Origin: Candidatus Delongbacteria bacterium | GTDB taxonomy: Bacteria; UBA4055 | DNA length: 64,000 nt | Assembly (NCBI GenBank): GCA_016937995.1 | Contig: JAFGVM010000016.1 | Location: 18,570-82,569, forward strand | Direction of reading: 5' to 3' | Shown: positions 38,031 through 50,093 of the stretch, in pieces | How positions within the stretch are numbered: position 1 is the stretch's first letter | Layout of the letters: every line of letters starts with the position of its first letter | The notes under the pieces: generated by a model | Seen by the model: only the letters and a program-made list of their open reading frames with translations | Databases searched by the model: none | Told to the model about the DNA's origin: nothing | Program-made: the position numbers and the translations under genes

Positions 38031-39347
38031 TCACCTTCTATAAATTTTTGAGTTATTAATAACACAATGAACAAGACCATTTAATTTTTCATCGTGATAA
38101 CAGGTATTTATCGATTTTGACTGTAATTTTCTTCTGTCAACTTTCCATTCAGACTTATTGTCAAATATAGTTAATTCTGCTGTTTTGCCCTCACTTAGAA
38201 TATCTTGATCCAAATTTAATATTTTTCTTGGATTAATAGTTATTTTTTTGAGAAAATCCATTAAAGATAAAACATTGGTTTTTACCAGGTATTTAATGCC
38301 AACAGAAAACAATGTTTCTATTCCAAGAACACCAAAAGGAGCAAAATCAAATTCAACATTTTTCTTTTCTGGGGTGTGCGGGGCATGATCAGAAGCTATA
38401 ACATCAATTGTACCATCTTTTAACCCTAACAATATTTCATCAATATCTTCTTTTGTTCTGAGAGGGGGGTTCATTTTAAAATCAGTTGAGAAAGTTTTTA
38501 CCTTTTCATCAGTTAATGAAAAATGATGAGGGGTAACCTCTGAAGTTACTTTAAGTCCTTCCAGTTTGGCAGCTCTTATCAATTTAACACTTTCCTTTGC
38601 ACTTATATGCTGAAAATGTGTGATCCCGTCAACGTATCTGGCTATTTCAATATCTCTTGCGATCATTGAGCTTTCGGCAATATTAGGAATTCCGGCCATA
38701 CCCAACTCTGTTGAAGATAAAGATTCATTCATTACACCATCTAAGAAGCTTTTATCCTCTTCATGAACAAGTATCGGTACTTTAAACATACTCGCATACT
38801 GGAGGGCACCTTTCATTGCCTCACCACTTTGTATTCCATCACCATCATCACTAAATGCCAATACACCATTATTGATAAGTTCAGTCATCTCAACAAGTGT
38901 TTTCCCTTTCCTTTCAGAAGTAACAGCAGGTATTTGATGTACCTTAACTAAAAGATCTTCAGTTCTCCTGCAAATATCGTTGTAAACAAAGATATTATCA
39001 ACACATGGAGAAGTATTCGGCATTGTTGCAATTCTCGTAAAACCCCCACTCATTGCTGCATTTGTTCCAGTAATAAAATTTTCAGCCTGCTCATAACCAG
39101 GTTCTCTAAGATGAACATGCATATCCATAAAACCCGGGCTTATAAATTTATCTTTCGCGTCTATAATCAAGTCAGTTTCAGTAGTGGGAATAGACTCTTT
39201 TATTTCAGAAATTATTCCGTTCACTATTTTGATATCGCTAGAATATTCTTTTCCTTTATATGGATCTATAATAGTTCCGTTAATTATCACGCAATTTTCT
39301 GGTAATTCCTCGAAATTACTTTTGTTGAGTAAAATATTATTTATCAT
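38031..39347 (-). CDS. pyrC: Dihydroorotase
   Basis: DMHVHLREPG metal-binding motif. 438 aa. Confidence 0.85.
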   Translation of the reverse strand: MINNILLNKSNFEELPENCVIINGTIIDPYKGKEYSSDIKIVNGIISEIKESIPTTETDLIIDAKDKFISPGFMDMHVHLREPGYEQAENFITGTNAAMSGGFTRIATMPNTSPCVDNIFVYNDICRRTEDLLVKVHQIPAVTSERKGKTLVEMTELINNGVLAFSDDGDGIQSGEAMKGALQYASMFKVPILVHEEDKSFLDGVMNESLSSTELGMAGIPNIAESSMIARDIEIARYVDGITHFQHISAKESVKLIRAAKLEGLKVTSEVTPHHFSLTDEKVKTFSTDFKMNPPLRTKEDIDEILLGLKDGTIDVIASDHAPHTPEKKNVEFDFAPFGVLGIETLFSVGIKYLVKTNVLSLMDFLKKITINPRKILNLDQDILSEGKTAELTIFDNKSEWKVDRRKLQSKSINTCYHDEKLNGLVHCVINNSKIYRR

Positions 39348-40297
39348 TTTATCCCTCCGATGTTAGCGCTTAAAAGATATAGTATGGCCATTCGTGATGC
39401 CACTCCATTAAGAACCTGCTCTAAAATAACCTGATGATCACCATCTGCTACATCATCATCAATTTCAACACCTCTGTTCATTGGTCCCGGATGAAGAATT
39501 AAAATATCATTATTAGCCTTAGCTAATTTTTCGTTAGTTATTCCCCAGAAATTATGATATTCTCTGAGAGAAGGGAAAGAAGGACCAACATGTCTTTCAA
39601 GTTGTATCCTCAATATGTTCATAACATCAGAATTCTGTATAGCTTCTTCTAAATCATAAGTTACCTCAACTCCCAGCTTTTCAATATCTTTAGGGATCAA
39701 AGTTGCCGGACCGCATAATTGAACTTTTGCACCATATAATTTAAGAGCATGAATGTTTGACATGGCAACTCTTGAGTGAACTATATCTCCAACCAATGTT
39801 ACTCTTTTCCCCTTAAGGTCAGGGATTTTTTCAGTAATTGTCATTAGGTCTAAAATTGCCTGGGTCGGATGTTCATGAGCTCCATCCCCAGCGTTAATAA
39901 TAATTGAGTCCAGATTATCCAAAAGCATTTTATGAGCACCAGGTGTACTATGCCTCATAACAACCATGTCTATCTTCATTGCCTCAATATTTCTGGCAGT
40001 GTCAATCAATGTTTCACCTTTTTTCAATGAGGATGAGGAAGCGGCAAAATTAACAACATCAGCTGACAATCTTTTTTCAGCCATTTCAAATGACAGTTTT
40101 GTTCTTGTTGAATTTTCAAAAAACATATTTACTACTGTTATGCCTTTTAGTGCTGCAACTTTTTTGTTCGGTGTATCAAGGATTTGTTTAAAGCTTGCAG
40201 AAGTTTTAAGAATCAGCTCAAGATCTTCTCTACACATTCCATTTATTCCGAGTAAATGCTTGATCTTAAGCAAATCTTTTGTTTTAATATTGTCCAT
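39344..40297 (-). CDS. pyrB: Aspartate carbamoyltransferase catalytic subunit
   Basis: STRTKLSFE and HPTQ motifs. Overlaps pyrC by 4 bp. Confidence 0.9.
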   Translation of the reverse strand: MDNIKTKDLLKIKHLLGINGMCREDLELILKTSASFKQILDTPNKKVAALKGITVVNMFFENSTRTKLSFEMAEKRLSADVVNFAASSSSLKKGETLIDTARNIEAMKIDMVVMRHSTPGAHKMLLDNLDSIIINAGDGAHEHPTQAILDLMTITEKIPDLKGKRVTLVGDIVHSRVAMSNIHALKLYGAKVQLCGPATLIPKDIEKLGVEVTYDLEEAIQNSDVMNILRIQLERHVGPSFPSLREYHNFWGITNEKLAKANNDILILHPGPMNRGVEIDDDVADGDHQVILEQVLNGVASRMAILYLLSANIGGIK

Positions 40298-40355
40298 TAC
40301 TCCCTCATTTAGGTATTTTAAATTATATTTAGCAAGTTACTATCAGTTTTCATGC

Positions 40356-40380
40356 AAAAAAAAAGTGATACGATATCACT
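40356..40380 (-). terminator. Intercistronic terminator/attenuator AGTGATATCGTATCACT + T9 between pyrR and pyrB
   Basis: Perfect 7-bp stem and a nine-T run on the minus strand, right after the pyrR stop. Confidence 0.65.
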
Positions 40381-40927
40381 AATTTTTTTCAATTAAATAA
40401 ACAGAATCTTCTTTGTCAATTTCTGACAATTTAACTCTGATCTCTTGAGTAGGGAGTGTTTTTACTACTTCACCTACATAATCAGGTTTTACAGGAAGCT
40501 CTCTTAACCCTCTGTCTATCAGAGCTGCAAATTGAATTATTTTTGGTCTTCCTCTATCCATCAGTGCATTTATCGCGGCTAAAATGCTTCTCCCGGTAAA
40601 TACAACATCATCAACGAGGATTATTTTTTTATCATCAATAGAAAAAGGCATATCGTCTATAGAAATGTTCGGGACCTTCAAATTTATTCTAAAATCATCT
40701 CTATATAAGGTTGCATCTAGCACACCAGTCTCTATTTCGATATTTTCGCTACTGTTGATTTCTTCAATTATCCTGTTAGCCAGAAATTCTCCTCTTGTTT
40801 TTAAACCAACAATTACAAGTTTATATATTCCTTTGTAGTCTGCAATAATTTCAGAAGAAATCCTTTTAATAACCTTATGAAGTTTGTCATCATCCATTAT
40901 AGTATGGATTATATTTTCTTTTGTCAT
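40379..40927 (-). CDS. pyrR: Bifunctional pyrimidine operon regulator / uracil phosphoribosyltransferase PyrR
   Basis: PRTase motif ILVDDVVFTGRS. 182 aa. Confidence 0.85.
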   Translation of the reverse strand: MTKENIIHTIMDDDKLHKVIKRISSEIIADYKGIYKLVIVGLKTRGEFLANRIIEEINSSENIEIETGVLDATLYRDDFRINLKVPNISIDDMPFSIDDKKIILVDDVVFTGRSILAAINALMDRGRPKIIQFAALIDRGLRELPVKPDYVGEVVKTLPTQEIRVKLSEIDKEDSVYLIEKN

Positions 40928-40960
40928 TCAATTATCCCTTAATTTACTATTCTCAAAAAA

Positions 40961-43723
40961 TTAATCGATCCAATCCAACAAAGAATCATCAGCTGAATCT
41001 TCTACTGTTTCTTCTTTGCTTTTTGTTTCTTTACTTTTCTCAGGTTCTATATCGCTCCACTGATCATTTTCATCAACTAAGATTTTTTTACTGTCAGTGT
41101 TTGAAAATAATTCATTTACATCATCTTCAGTGAAAGAATCCTCTTCATCAGCTGACTGGTTTATTTGAACACTACTATTCTCTTTATCTGATTCCTTTAT
41201 ACGTATTATATCCTCATCTGTTAAATATTCACTTCTGTCAATAATAAATTCAGACTTACCTATTTCATCAAGATCGTCATCAAATGACTGACTTTCCTGA
41301 ATAGATGAATCCTCCATTGAAATATTTTCAAAATCGTCATCATCTATTTTATTTTCAAAGGCATTCTCTATTTCCTCTTCGGTTTTTGAATCAACTTCTT
41401 CATCTTCTTCGATCTTTGATTCAGTCGGAGATAAATTTTCAAATATATCCTCTTCAGTATCATCAGAATTAACTTCTGTTAATTCCTCTTTTATTTCTAC
41501 AGGTTCATCTGCAATAATTTCTTTTTCTTCTTCAACAGCTGATTCGGTCGGAGATAAATTTTCAAAGATATCCTCATCTGTGCTGTCAGTATCTTCAACT
41601 ACTTTTTCTTCAGGTTCTTCTTCTTTTATTTCTTTTTCTTCTTCAACGATTTGCTCTTTCTCTTCTTCTATACCTTGGATATTTTCATTTTCATCTTCTA
41701 TATCCGACTCTGTGGAAGAAATTTCTGATAAAACCGTTTTTGTTTCTTCATCAAACTCTTCAATATATGAATTAACCTTCTCTTCATCTGTCAGTTGCTC
41801 TTCTTCTATTTCGGATTTATCAGGCAAATTGTTTAGATCATTGTCTTCACTGGCTCTTTTTTCTGCAGATTCAAGAACTTCCATTTCTCTTTCAAGAAAT
41901 TCTTTATTATCATCATCTTCATCAAATGATTCATCATTTGACTCTGTTCCAAGCTCTTTTGCAAGATCTTTGCTGCTAACTGACTCCATTTCAGATCTTT
42001 CAAGGATGTCTTCCGCATCCTCCTGCACCCTGTCTACCCTAAATACTTCACTCTTATCTATTGTTTCGCTTACCTGAGATTTCTTAGAATCAAATACATC
42101 GTTAACCATATTTGTTCCATCATCTTCACTTAAATTGTTTTCACTGGATAAAACATCGTCATAGTTACCATCAGCGAAAGAATTTGTTGCAAGATATTCT
42201 CTTCTTCTCGGGAACATATTATTAATTTGACCTGCTTTCTGTCTTACCTGATCTCCGGAAAGTTCTCCTTCCCTGCTGATCTTTATTGCACTCTTTTTAC
42301 CGGTATCAGGATCTTTTGCAGTAGCATGAATAATGCCATTCACATCATATTCATAATTGAAAATGATCGGTTGTCCTGCGTCTTTAGGCGGAAAATTCAG
42401 CACAGTTGTCCCGATTACTGTACAAAATTCAGGATCCGGATCTTCACCCTGGATCACTATCATTTTAACTTGACTCTGCTTAGGTATTGAAGTATAAAAT
42501 ATCTGGCTTTTTCTCACCGGTATTTTACTATTCTTTGGTATGATTACGGCATTTCTTTTGTTATCGAACTCATCCAAAGTAATCGCACCAAAACTATGCG
42601 CAGTAACATCTGAAATATTAATTGCTCCATACTTCATACGGACCATCGCATTGACTTCCTGGTCACTTTCATCTTTTGCTGACAGAATACCAGCTTGAAT
42701 AGCAGCTCCAAGGGCAACTGCTTCGTCTGGATTTATCTGTTGTGAAGGCTTTTTACCTGTAACTCTGGTGATCATATCATGGACTGCCGGCATCCTGGTT
42801 GAACCACCGACCAGAAGAATCTGATCAATATTTTCCCATTCAAGATCAGCATCGGTCATTACTGCATTTATCAATAACTCTGTTCTTGTTACATAGTCGG
42901 CAACTAAGTCGGAGAATAATTTTCTTGTTATGGTTAATTTTGTTGATTTTCCTGTAGCAGACAAATAAACCGTTGTACTAATTTTTGAAGAAAGTACTTT
43001 TTTTGCATTTTCTGCTTTCAATCTCAGATCCTGTTTTAACACTGGATCAGCAAATAGGTCAATATCGTACTGCTGTTTAAATTTTTCGTTTAAGTATATC
43101 ATCAGTTTTTCATCGAAGTTGTCTCCACCCAACTGACGGTCACCGTCACTCGCGATCACATCAAACACACCTTCGTTCAACTGCATGATAGTTACATCAA
43201 AAGTTCCACCACCAAGATCATATACTAATATTTTTTGCTCTAATTTTTTGTCCAGACCGTATGTTAGAGCCGCTGCAGTTGGCTCATTAATGATCTGTAA
43301 AACATTTACTCCTGAAACTTTTCCGGCATCTATTGTAGCTTTTCTCTGCTTATCATTGAAATAAGCAGGAACAGTAATAACAACATCGGTAATAGTTTCA
43401 TTAAGAAAGCTCTCAGCATCATCAACCAGCTTTCTCAGGATCATTGCAGAAATATCTTCCGGAGTATAGTCTGTTCCTTTGTTGGAAAAATGAAAATCAG
43501 AAGAGCCAATATGAGCTTTTATAGACGAAATCGTTTTATCCGGTTCTGCAACTGACGACTGCTTTGCAATACTGCCTACAATAATTTGATCATCATCAAA
43601 TAAGACGACCGAAGGTGTTATTCTCTCTCCTTCTTTGTTAGGAATAATTTCAGCTTTTCCAAATTCGTTGACCATTGCTATTGCAGAATTTGTTGTTCCC
43701 AGATCTATTCCGATCAATTTCAT
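40961..43723 (-). CDS. Hsp70-family paralog (NBD + beta-SBD, no helical lid) with roughly 400-aa acidic repetitive C-terminal tail
   Basis: MKLIGIDLGTTNSAIAMV, DLGGGTFDVTIM and IINEPTAAALTYG motifs. The tail is E/D/S-rich with duplicated EEDIFENLSPTES blocks. Confidence 0.8.
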   Translation of the reverse strand: MKLIGIDLGTTNSAIAMVNEFGKAEIIPNKEGERITPSVVLFDDDQIIVGSIAKQSSVAEPDKTISSIKAHIGSSDFHFSNKGTDYTPEDISAMILRKLVDDAESFLNETITDVVITVPAYFNDKQRKATIDAGKVSGVNVLQIINEPTAAALTYGLDKKLEQKILVYDLGGGTFDVTIMQLNEGVFDVIASDGDRQLGGDNFDEKLMIYLNEKFKQQYDIDLFADPVLKQDLRLKAENAKKVLSSKISTTVYLSATGKSTKLTITRKLFSDLVADYVTRTELLINAVMTDADLEWENIDQILLVGGSTRMPAVHDMITRVTGKKPSQQINPDEAVALGAAIQAGILSAKDESDQEVNAMVRMKYGAINISDVTAHSFGAITLDEFDNKRNAVIIPKNSKIPVRKSQIFYTSIPKQSQVKMIVIQGEDPDPEFCTVIGTTVLNFPPKDAGQPIIFNYEYDVNGIIHATAKDPDTGKKSAIKISREGELSGDQVRQKAGQINNMFPRRREYLATNSFADGNYDDVLSSENNLSEDDGTNMVNDVFDSKKSQVSETIDKSEVFRVDRVQEDAEDILERSEMESVSSKDLAKELGTESNDESFDEDDDNKEFLEREMEVLESAEKRASEDNDLNNLPDKSEIEEEQLTDEEKVNSYIEEFDEETKTVLSEISSTESDIEDENENIQGIEEEKEQIVEEEKEIKEEEPEEKVVEDTDSTDEDIFENLSPTESAVEEEKEIIADEPVEIKEELTEVNSDDTEEDIFENLSPTESKIEEDEEVDSKTEEEIENAFENKIDDDDFENISMEDSSIQESQSFDDDLDEIGKSEFIIDRSEYLTDEDIIRIKESDKENSSVQINQSADEEDSFTEDDVNELFSNTDSKKILVDENDQWSDIEPEKSKETKSKEETVEDSADDSLLDWID

Positions 43724-43812
43724 TTAATTCCTCCAAAATAAGTGCTGATGAATATAATTTTACTCAATGAGTGCTTTTGTAATACTGAACTGTGATTAAT
43801 TATATGCCTGAT

Positions 43813-44349
43813 TTATTTTTTTATCAATTTTCTTCTAGCTTGAGAAATAATAGCCAGCATCTCTTCAGCTTCATATCTCATTTTAATATTTGGAGAATTA
43901 ATCCTGGTTCTCCATTTTCTAAATTCAGCATTTATACGTTCTTTGATCTCTTCTTCACTTGAATCAGAATCCATCCTTAAAGCTTTAAAATAAAACCTGT
44001 CATCCCGCTCTTCGGTGGATCTTATATTCAATAAATTAGTGCTTTCTTTTTCAAGAGTTTTGTTTACTGCCTGGTCTTTTTTCTTCTGTTTTTCGGCAGC
44101 TTCCTGCTTAATATGTTCAATCCTTTTATTTACGACTTTTAAATTGTGTTGGGCATCAGTATTTTCAGGATCATAATATAACGCTTTTTCAAAGAATTTT
44201 TTACTATTTTCATAATCTTCTCTTTTATAGTAAGCAACAGCTTGGTCATAGTGAACCTTACTTTTCTTTTTTTTAATATCATCTAGATGTGATGTTTTAT
44301 TTTTCTTCGATGATATTTTATCAGTTATTTTTGAAAACAAAGATGTCAT
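43813..44349 (-). CDS. TPR-like protein with C-terminal degenerate J-like helix pair (no HPD)
   Basis: YYKREDYENSKKFFEKALYYDP TPR. C-terminal ..FYFKALRMDSDSSEEEIKERINAEFRKW..KMRYEAEEMLAIISQARRKL resembles J-domain helices II/III without HPD. Confidence 0.35.
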   Translation of the reverse strand: MTSLFSKITDKISSKKNKTSHLDDIKKKKSKVHYDQAVAYYKREDYENSKKFFEKALYYDPENTDAQHNLKVVNKRIEHIKQEAAEKQKKKDQAVNKTLEKESTNLLNIRSTEERDDRFYFKALRMDSDSSEEEIKERINAEFRKWRTRINSPNIKMRYEAEEMLAIISQARRKLIKK

Positions 44350-44356
44350 TTGATAC

Positions 44357-45178
44357 CTAATTTGCAGAATGTTTATAGATCTGAACTATCTCAGGCCTGA
44401 TCACTGATTCTCCCTTCACGAATCCTTCTTTAAGAACTTTCTTAATAGTATTATCCCTCTCGATTTCGTCTGTCCCAATTTTTTCGACAGCATTACTTTT
44501 TTCAGCATTAAATTTATCACCTTCCTTACTCTTCTCCACCGGAACTACATCATTTCTGTATAGGATTTCAAGTAGTTCATCTCTAAAAGTCATCATACTT
44601 TCAGAATGGGTATGATCTTCACTTGATCCAAAATGATCGATATCAGTACTTATACGGTCATATAGCAATAAAAGGTCGTGAAGAAAAGGTTTCATTGCCG
44701 AATCAACAAAATTTCTTTTGTATGAATCCAACTGTGAATATAATTCTTCAAAAGCTTTCTCTTTAACTTCGTCAGCATTGATCTTTTCTTTAAAAAGATC
44801 TGACACCCTGTTTATTCCCTCTTCTGTTTCAAATTTGAACAACAAGATATTATTCTGCATTTTCTGAAGTGACTGTAAAATCTCATTCTTATTACTGAAT
44901 AACATTTCATTGATATTGAGCATTTTATCTTCGATCTTTTTTATTCTTACATCAAGATCTTCCTTGATCTCATCCATCTGCGAATTTAATCTATCACTTT
45001 GCTCAATTATATCTTCCTTTACTCCTTCTTCGTCACTGTCTATCAAATTATCATCTGAGTAAAGTCCAGAGTCATTCAACTCTTCAATGATATCATCGAA
45101 ATAATAATCTGAATTAAAAATTTCAGATTTCATATCTCTAAGCTCATTTTTACTAAATTCTTTTTCACTTTGTATCAT
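44357..45178 (-). CDS. GrpE-like nucleotide-exchange factor with extended acidic N-terminus
   Basis: C-terminal ..FNAEKSNAVEKIGTDE..KKVLKEGFVKGESVIRPEIVQIYK matches the GrpE C-terminal beta-domain pattern. Confidence 0.5.
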   Translation of the reverse strand: MIQSEKEFSKNELRDMKSEIFNSDYYFDDIIEELNDSGLYSDDNLIDSDEEGVKEDIIEQSDRLNSQMDEIKEDLDVRIKKIEDKMLNINEMLFSNKNEILQSLQKMQNNILLFKFETEEGINRVSDLFKEKINADEVKEKAFEELYSQLDSYKRNFVDSAMKPFLHDLLLLYDRISTDIDHFGSSEDHTHSESMMTFRDELLEILYRNDVVPVEKSKEGDKFNAEKSNAVEKIGTDEIERDNTIKKVLKEGFVKGESVIRPEIVQIYKHSAN

Positions 45179-45203
45179 TTTAGATCCTTGGTAGACTTAA
45201 TGT

Positions 45204-46958
45204 TTATTGTGAATTGGATATCACTCTAAATTCGATCCTTCTATTTTTTGCTCTTCCTTCTTTACTTTTGTTTGAAGCGACCGGTATTTCTTCTCCAAAA
45301 CCTACTGCTTTGATCTGAGAACTGGAAATGTTCAGTTCTGTTATTAGATAATTGTATACCGATTCAGCTCTTTTTTGAGAAAGGTTCAAGTTATATGCGG
45401 CACTTCCCTGACTGTCAGTATGACCTTCTATTTGAATTACGATATTAGGATTGTCTATGAATATCCGTTTTACTTTGTTCAAAGTAGGGAAAGAATTTGT
45501 AGTAAGTTCAGCTTTACCTGTTTTGAAGTAAATATTATCCAGAACAATTCTCTCATCTTTCTTTAGAATTATCGCATCAGGACATCCATCATCATCTTCA
45601 AATCCATTTAATGTTTCTGCCATGTTCGGACACTTGTCCAAAGTATCTTTTATACCGTCTTGATCATTATCAAATTCTGGACATCCATCCTGATCTTCGA
45701 AACCGTCAAGATCTTCAGGTTCGTTTGGACACTTATCAGTTGCATCAGGAATTCCATCATCGTCATTATCCAACTCTGGGCATCCATCAAGGTCCTCATA
45801 ACCATCCATATCTTCAGGTTCGTTTGGACATTTATCATCCACATCCTTAATACCGTCTTTATCATTATCATCCTCTGGACATCCATCTTCATCCTCATAA
45901 CCGTCTAAATCTTCAGCTATATTTGGACATTTATCTGCCAGATCTTTAACACCGTCTTTATCATTATCATCCTCTGGACATCCATCTTTATCTTCAAATC
46001 CATCAAAATCTTCTGGATCCTTAGGACACTTATCCAGCTTATCAATTATTCCATCCTTATCCGCATCCAATGATACAACAAGTCTGGTCATTGAAAATCC
46101 TACGAAGGCCTGCCATTTTGGAGATTCCTCGTTTAGTCCCCCGTAGCCACCGTATGTTAAATAGTAGTATTCTCCAAAATTATGACGCAAACCACCTCCG
46201 AGCCTTTGCGGGAAGATATTCCGGTGAGTTAAATTCAGTTCATATTCTGCATCATATTCCATGAACAGCTTTGTGTTCTTTGATGTTCTTGCATCAAAAC
46301 CGGCACCTAATGTAAATATATCAGGCAACTCGGTAGAATATCTTAGTACGTAGCCTGTGTTAAGCATAAAATTAAATTTGTCGTTTCCAATGGATGTGAG
46401 TAGTTTTGCCCCTCCACTGATCTTGTTATTATACAGAAGTTCATCACTGAAATTTCTATGATCATAATAGTAATTGCCGTTATTTTGGTAATCAGAAAAA
46501 TCAGGATCAAGTTCATCGTATACAGGGAATGTTATGAAAAAATAAGATCCAAAATTGACTAAGCCTTTGTTTTTAAAAGAGTATTTAAATCCAAGTTCAG
46601 TGTTGTTAATATCTGATAAAGAAACTTTCGAACTGTCTGGAATCTGCCTTTTATCGTATGCAAAAGATATCTTTGCATTTAAATCTATTCTTTCAGTCAA
46701 TCCGTAAGAGACGCTAAAATGAGTAGTTGATTGAAAATAATCTGACAAAGATATGGATTCAACAATATTATCTGATATAGTTGAACTGGCACCTAAAACA
46801 GAATTCAGACTTAATGACAAGAAACCATAACCATTTGTTGATGCATCAAGAAGTTTTATATAGCCTTTTTGACCATTGATCGAAACTTTTGAGAAAGAAA
46901 GCGCTGAGATCAATAGTAGTAGGATTATGGTCATTCTTTTTGCCTTATATATTTTCAT
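45204..46958 (-). CDS. OmpA-family outer-membrane protein with five thrombospondin type-3 repeats
   Basis: N-terminal barrel. DKDG(V/I)KDxxDKCPN repeated five times. C-terminal OmpA domain (GHTDSQGSAAYNLNLSQKRAESV). Confidence 0.85.
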   Translation of the reverse strand: MKIYKAKRMTIILLLLISALSFSKVSINGQKGYIKLLDASTNGYGFLSLSLNSVLGASSTISDNIVESISLSDYFQSTTHFSVSYGLTERIDLNAKISFAYDKRQIPDSSKVSLSDINNTELGFKYSFKNKGLVNFGSYFFITFPVYDELDPDFSDYQNNGNYYYDHRNFSDELLYNNKISGGAKLLTSIGNDKFNFMLNTGYVLRYSTELPDIFTLGAGFDARTSKNTKLFMEYDAEYELNLTHRNIFPQRLGGGLRHNFGEYYYLTYGGYGGLNEESPKWQAFVGFSMTRLVVSLDADKDGIIDKLDKCPKDPEDFDGFEDKDGCPEDDNDKDGVKDLADKCPNIAEDLDGYEDEDGCPEDDNDKDGIKDVDDKCPNEPEDMDGYEDLDGCPELDNDDDGIPDATDKCPNEPEDLDGFEDQDGCPEFDNDQDGIKDTLDKCPNMAETLNGFEDDDGCPDAIILKKDERIVLDNIYFKTGKAELTTNSFPTLNKVKRIFIDNPNIVIQIEGHTDSQGSAAYNLNLSQKRAESVYNYLITELNISSSQIKAVGFGEEIPVASNKSKEGRAKNRRIEFRVISNSQ

Positions 46959-47204
46959 GTTCTTTTCCGTTTTGTTATTGATTTATATCTTTCTTGTTCC
47001 TATAAACTGTGTAATACATTATGTCATTATATAGTAGTTTAAAATTAACCCTAGCTTAAGCTAAAGTCAAGATTAAAATTTTAAGAGTTATGAAATTTTA
47101 AAGAAAATCTGGAAATCCGATTTAATTGAATGATGCACATCGTTTTATTGGAATTATCTTGTGTCGATTAAGTGACTTTAACTTTTTTTGCATTGGTTAA
47201 ACAA

Positions 47205-49253
<2,049 letters not shown>

Positions 49254-50045
49254 TTATTTGTTAAGATTTGATCTTAACTTTTTAAGGTCTTCCCAGGCTT
49301 CATACTTCCATTTAGGATTTCTTAATAAAGCTGAAGGATGATAAGTGACCATTACTGGAATGTTATGATAAAAATGAACTTCTTTTCTAAAATCCTTCAT
49401 TGGAATATCTTTTTCAAGAATTCTTTTTGCTGCAATTCTTCCTAGAGCCAGGATATATCTTGGTTTTAATATTTCAAGCTGCTTATCGAGGTACATTGAA
49501 CATTGCTTGATCTCTTCAGATTTTGGATCTCTGTTATTTGGAGGACGGCATTTTAAGACATTACAGATAAATACATCCTCTCTACTTAGATCTATTGCCT
49601 CCAGCATTTTAGTCAGTAATTTTCCCGATCTTCCTACAAATGGTAATCCTATCTTATCTTCCTCAGCACCGGGTGCTTCACCAATAATTAATAATTTTGA
49701 TCTATCACTACCAGCACCGAACACTGTATTCAATCTAGACTTGTGAAGTTCACATAGCTGACATTCTTCTACTACTTTTTTAAGTACCTGAAGTGAATCA
49801 ACATCAGCAACATGGTTAATATTTTTTTCTTTTTTAACTTCAACATCTGAGAATTCCGGAATACTGGGAGTTTCTATTTTTTTAGAATTAGCTGATGCTA
49901 TAGAATAATTGAGCTTAAAATTATCTGAATCTAAACGAATTGTATCTGAGTATACATTTTGGTAATATTTAAAATATCTTGACAAATGAGTTCTTAAATA
50001 TTCCAACAGAAAACCCTTGTATTTTTCCATTGAATCACTTCCCAT
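49254..50045 (-). CDS. Uracil-DNA glycosylase family 4 with roughly 100-aa N-terminal extension
   Basis: CQLCELHKSR Fe-S cysteines and GEAPGAEED motif. Confidence 0.75.
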   Translation of the reverse strand: MGSDSMEKYKGFLLEYLRTHLSRYFKYYQNVYSDTIRLDSDNFKLNYSIASANSKKIETPSIPEFSDVEVKKEKNINHVADVDSLQVLKKVVEECQLCELHKSRLNTVFGAGSDRSKLLIIGEAPGAEEDKIGLPFVGRSGKLLTKMLEAIDLSREDVFICNVLKCRPPNNRDPKSEEIKQCSMYLDKQLEILKPRYILALGRIAAKRILEKDIPMKDFRKEVHFYHNIPVMVTYHPSALLRNPKWKYEAWEDLKKLRSNLNK

Positions 50046-50093
50046 CTGAATATTGTCCTGATAAATAATATTTTTTATGAAAACACAAAAACT

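Noticed and set aside
41580-42077. 165-aa serine-rich plus-strand ORF
   Set aside because: Antisense of the acidic GAA/GAT-rich Hsp70 tail (reverse complement gives TCn serine codons). No independent support.
45611-45908. Three overlapping 79-82-aa ORFs on both strands
   Set aside because: Artefacts of the TSP3 repeat DNA within the OmpA gene.
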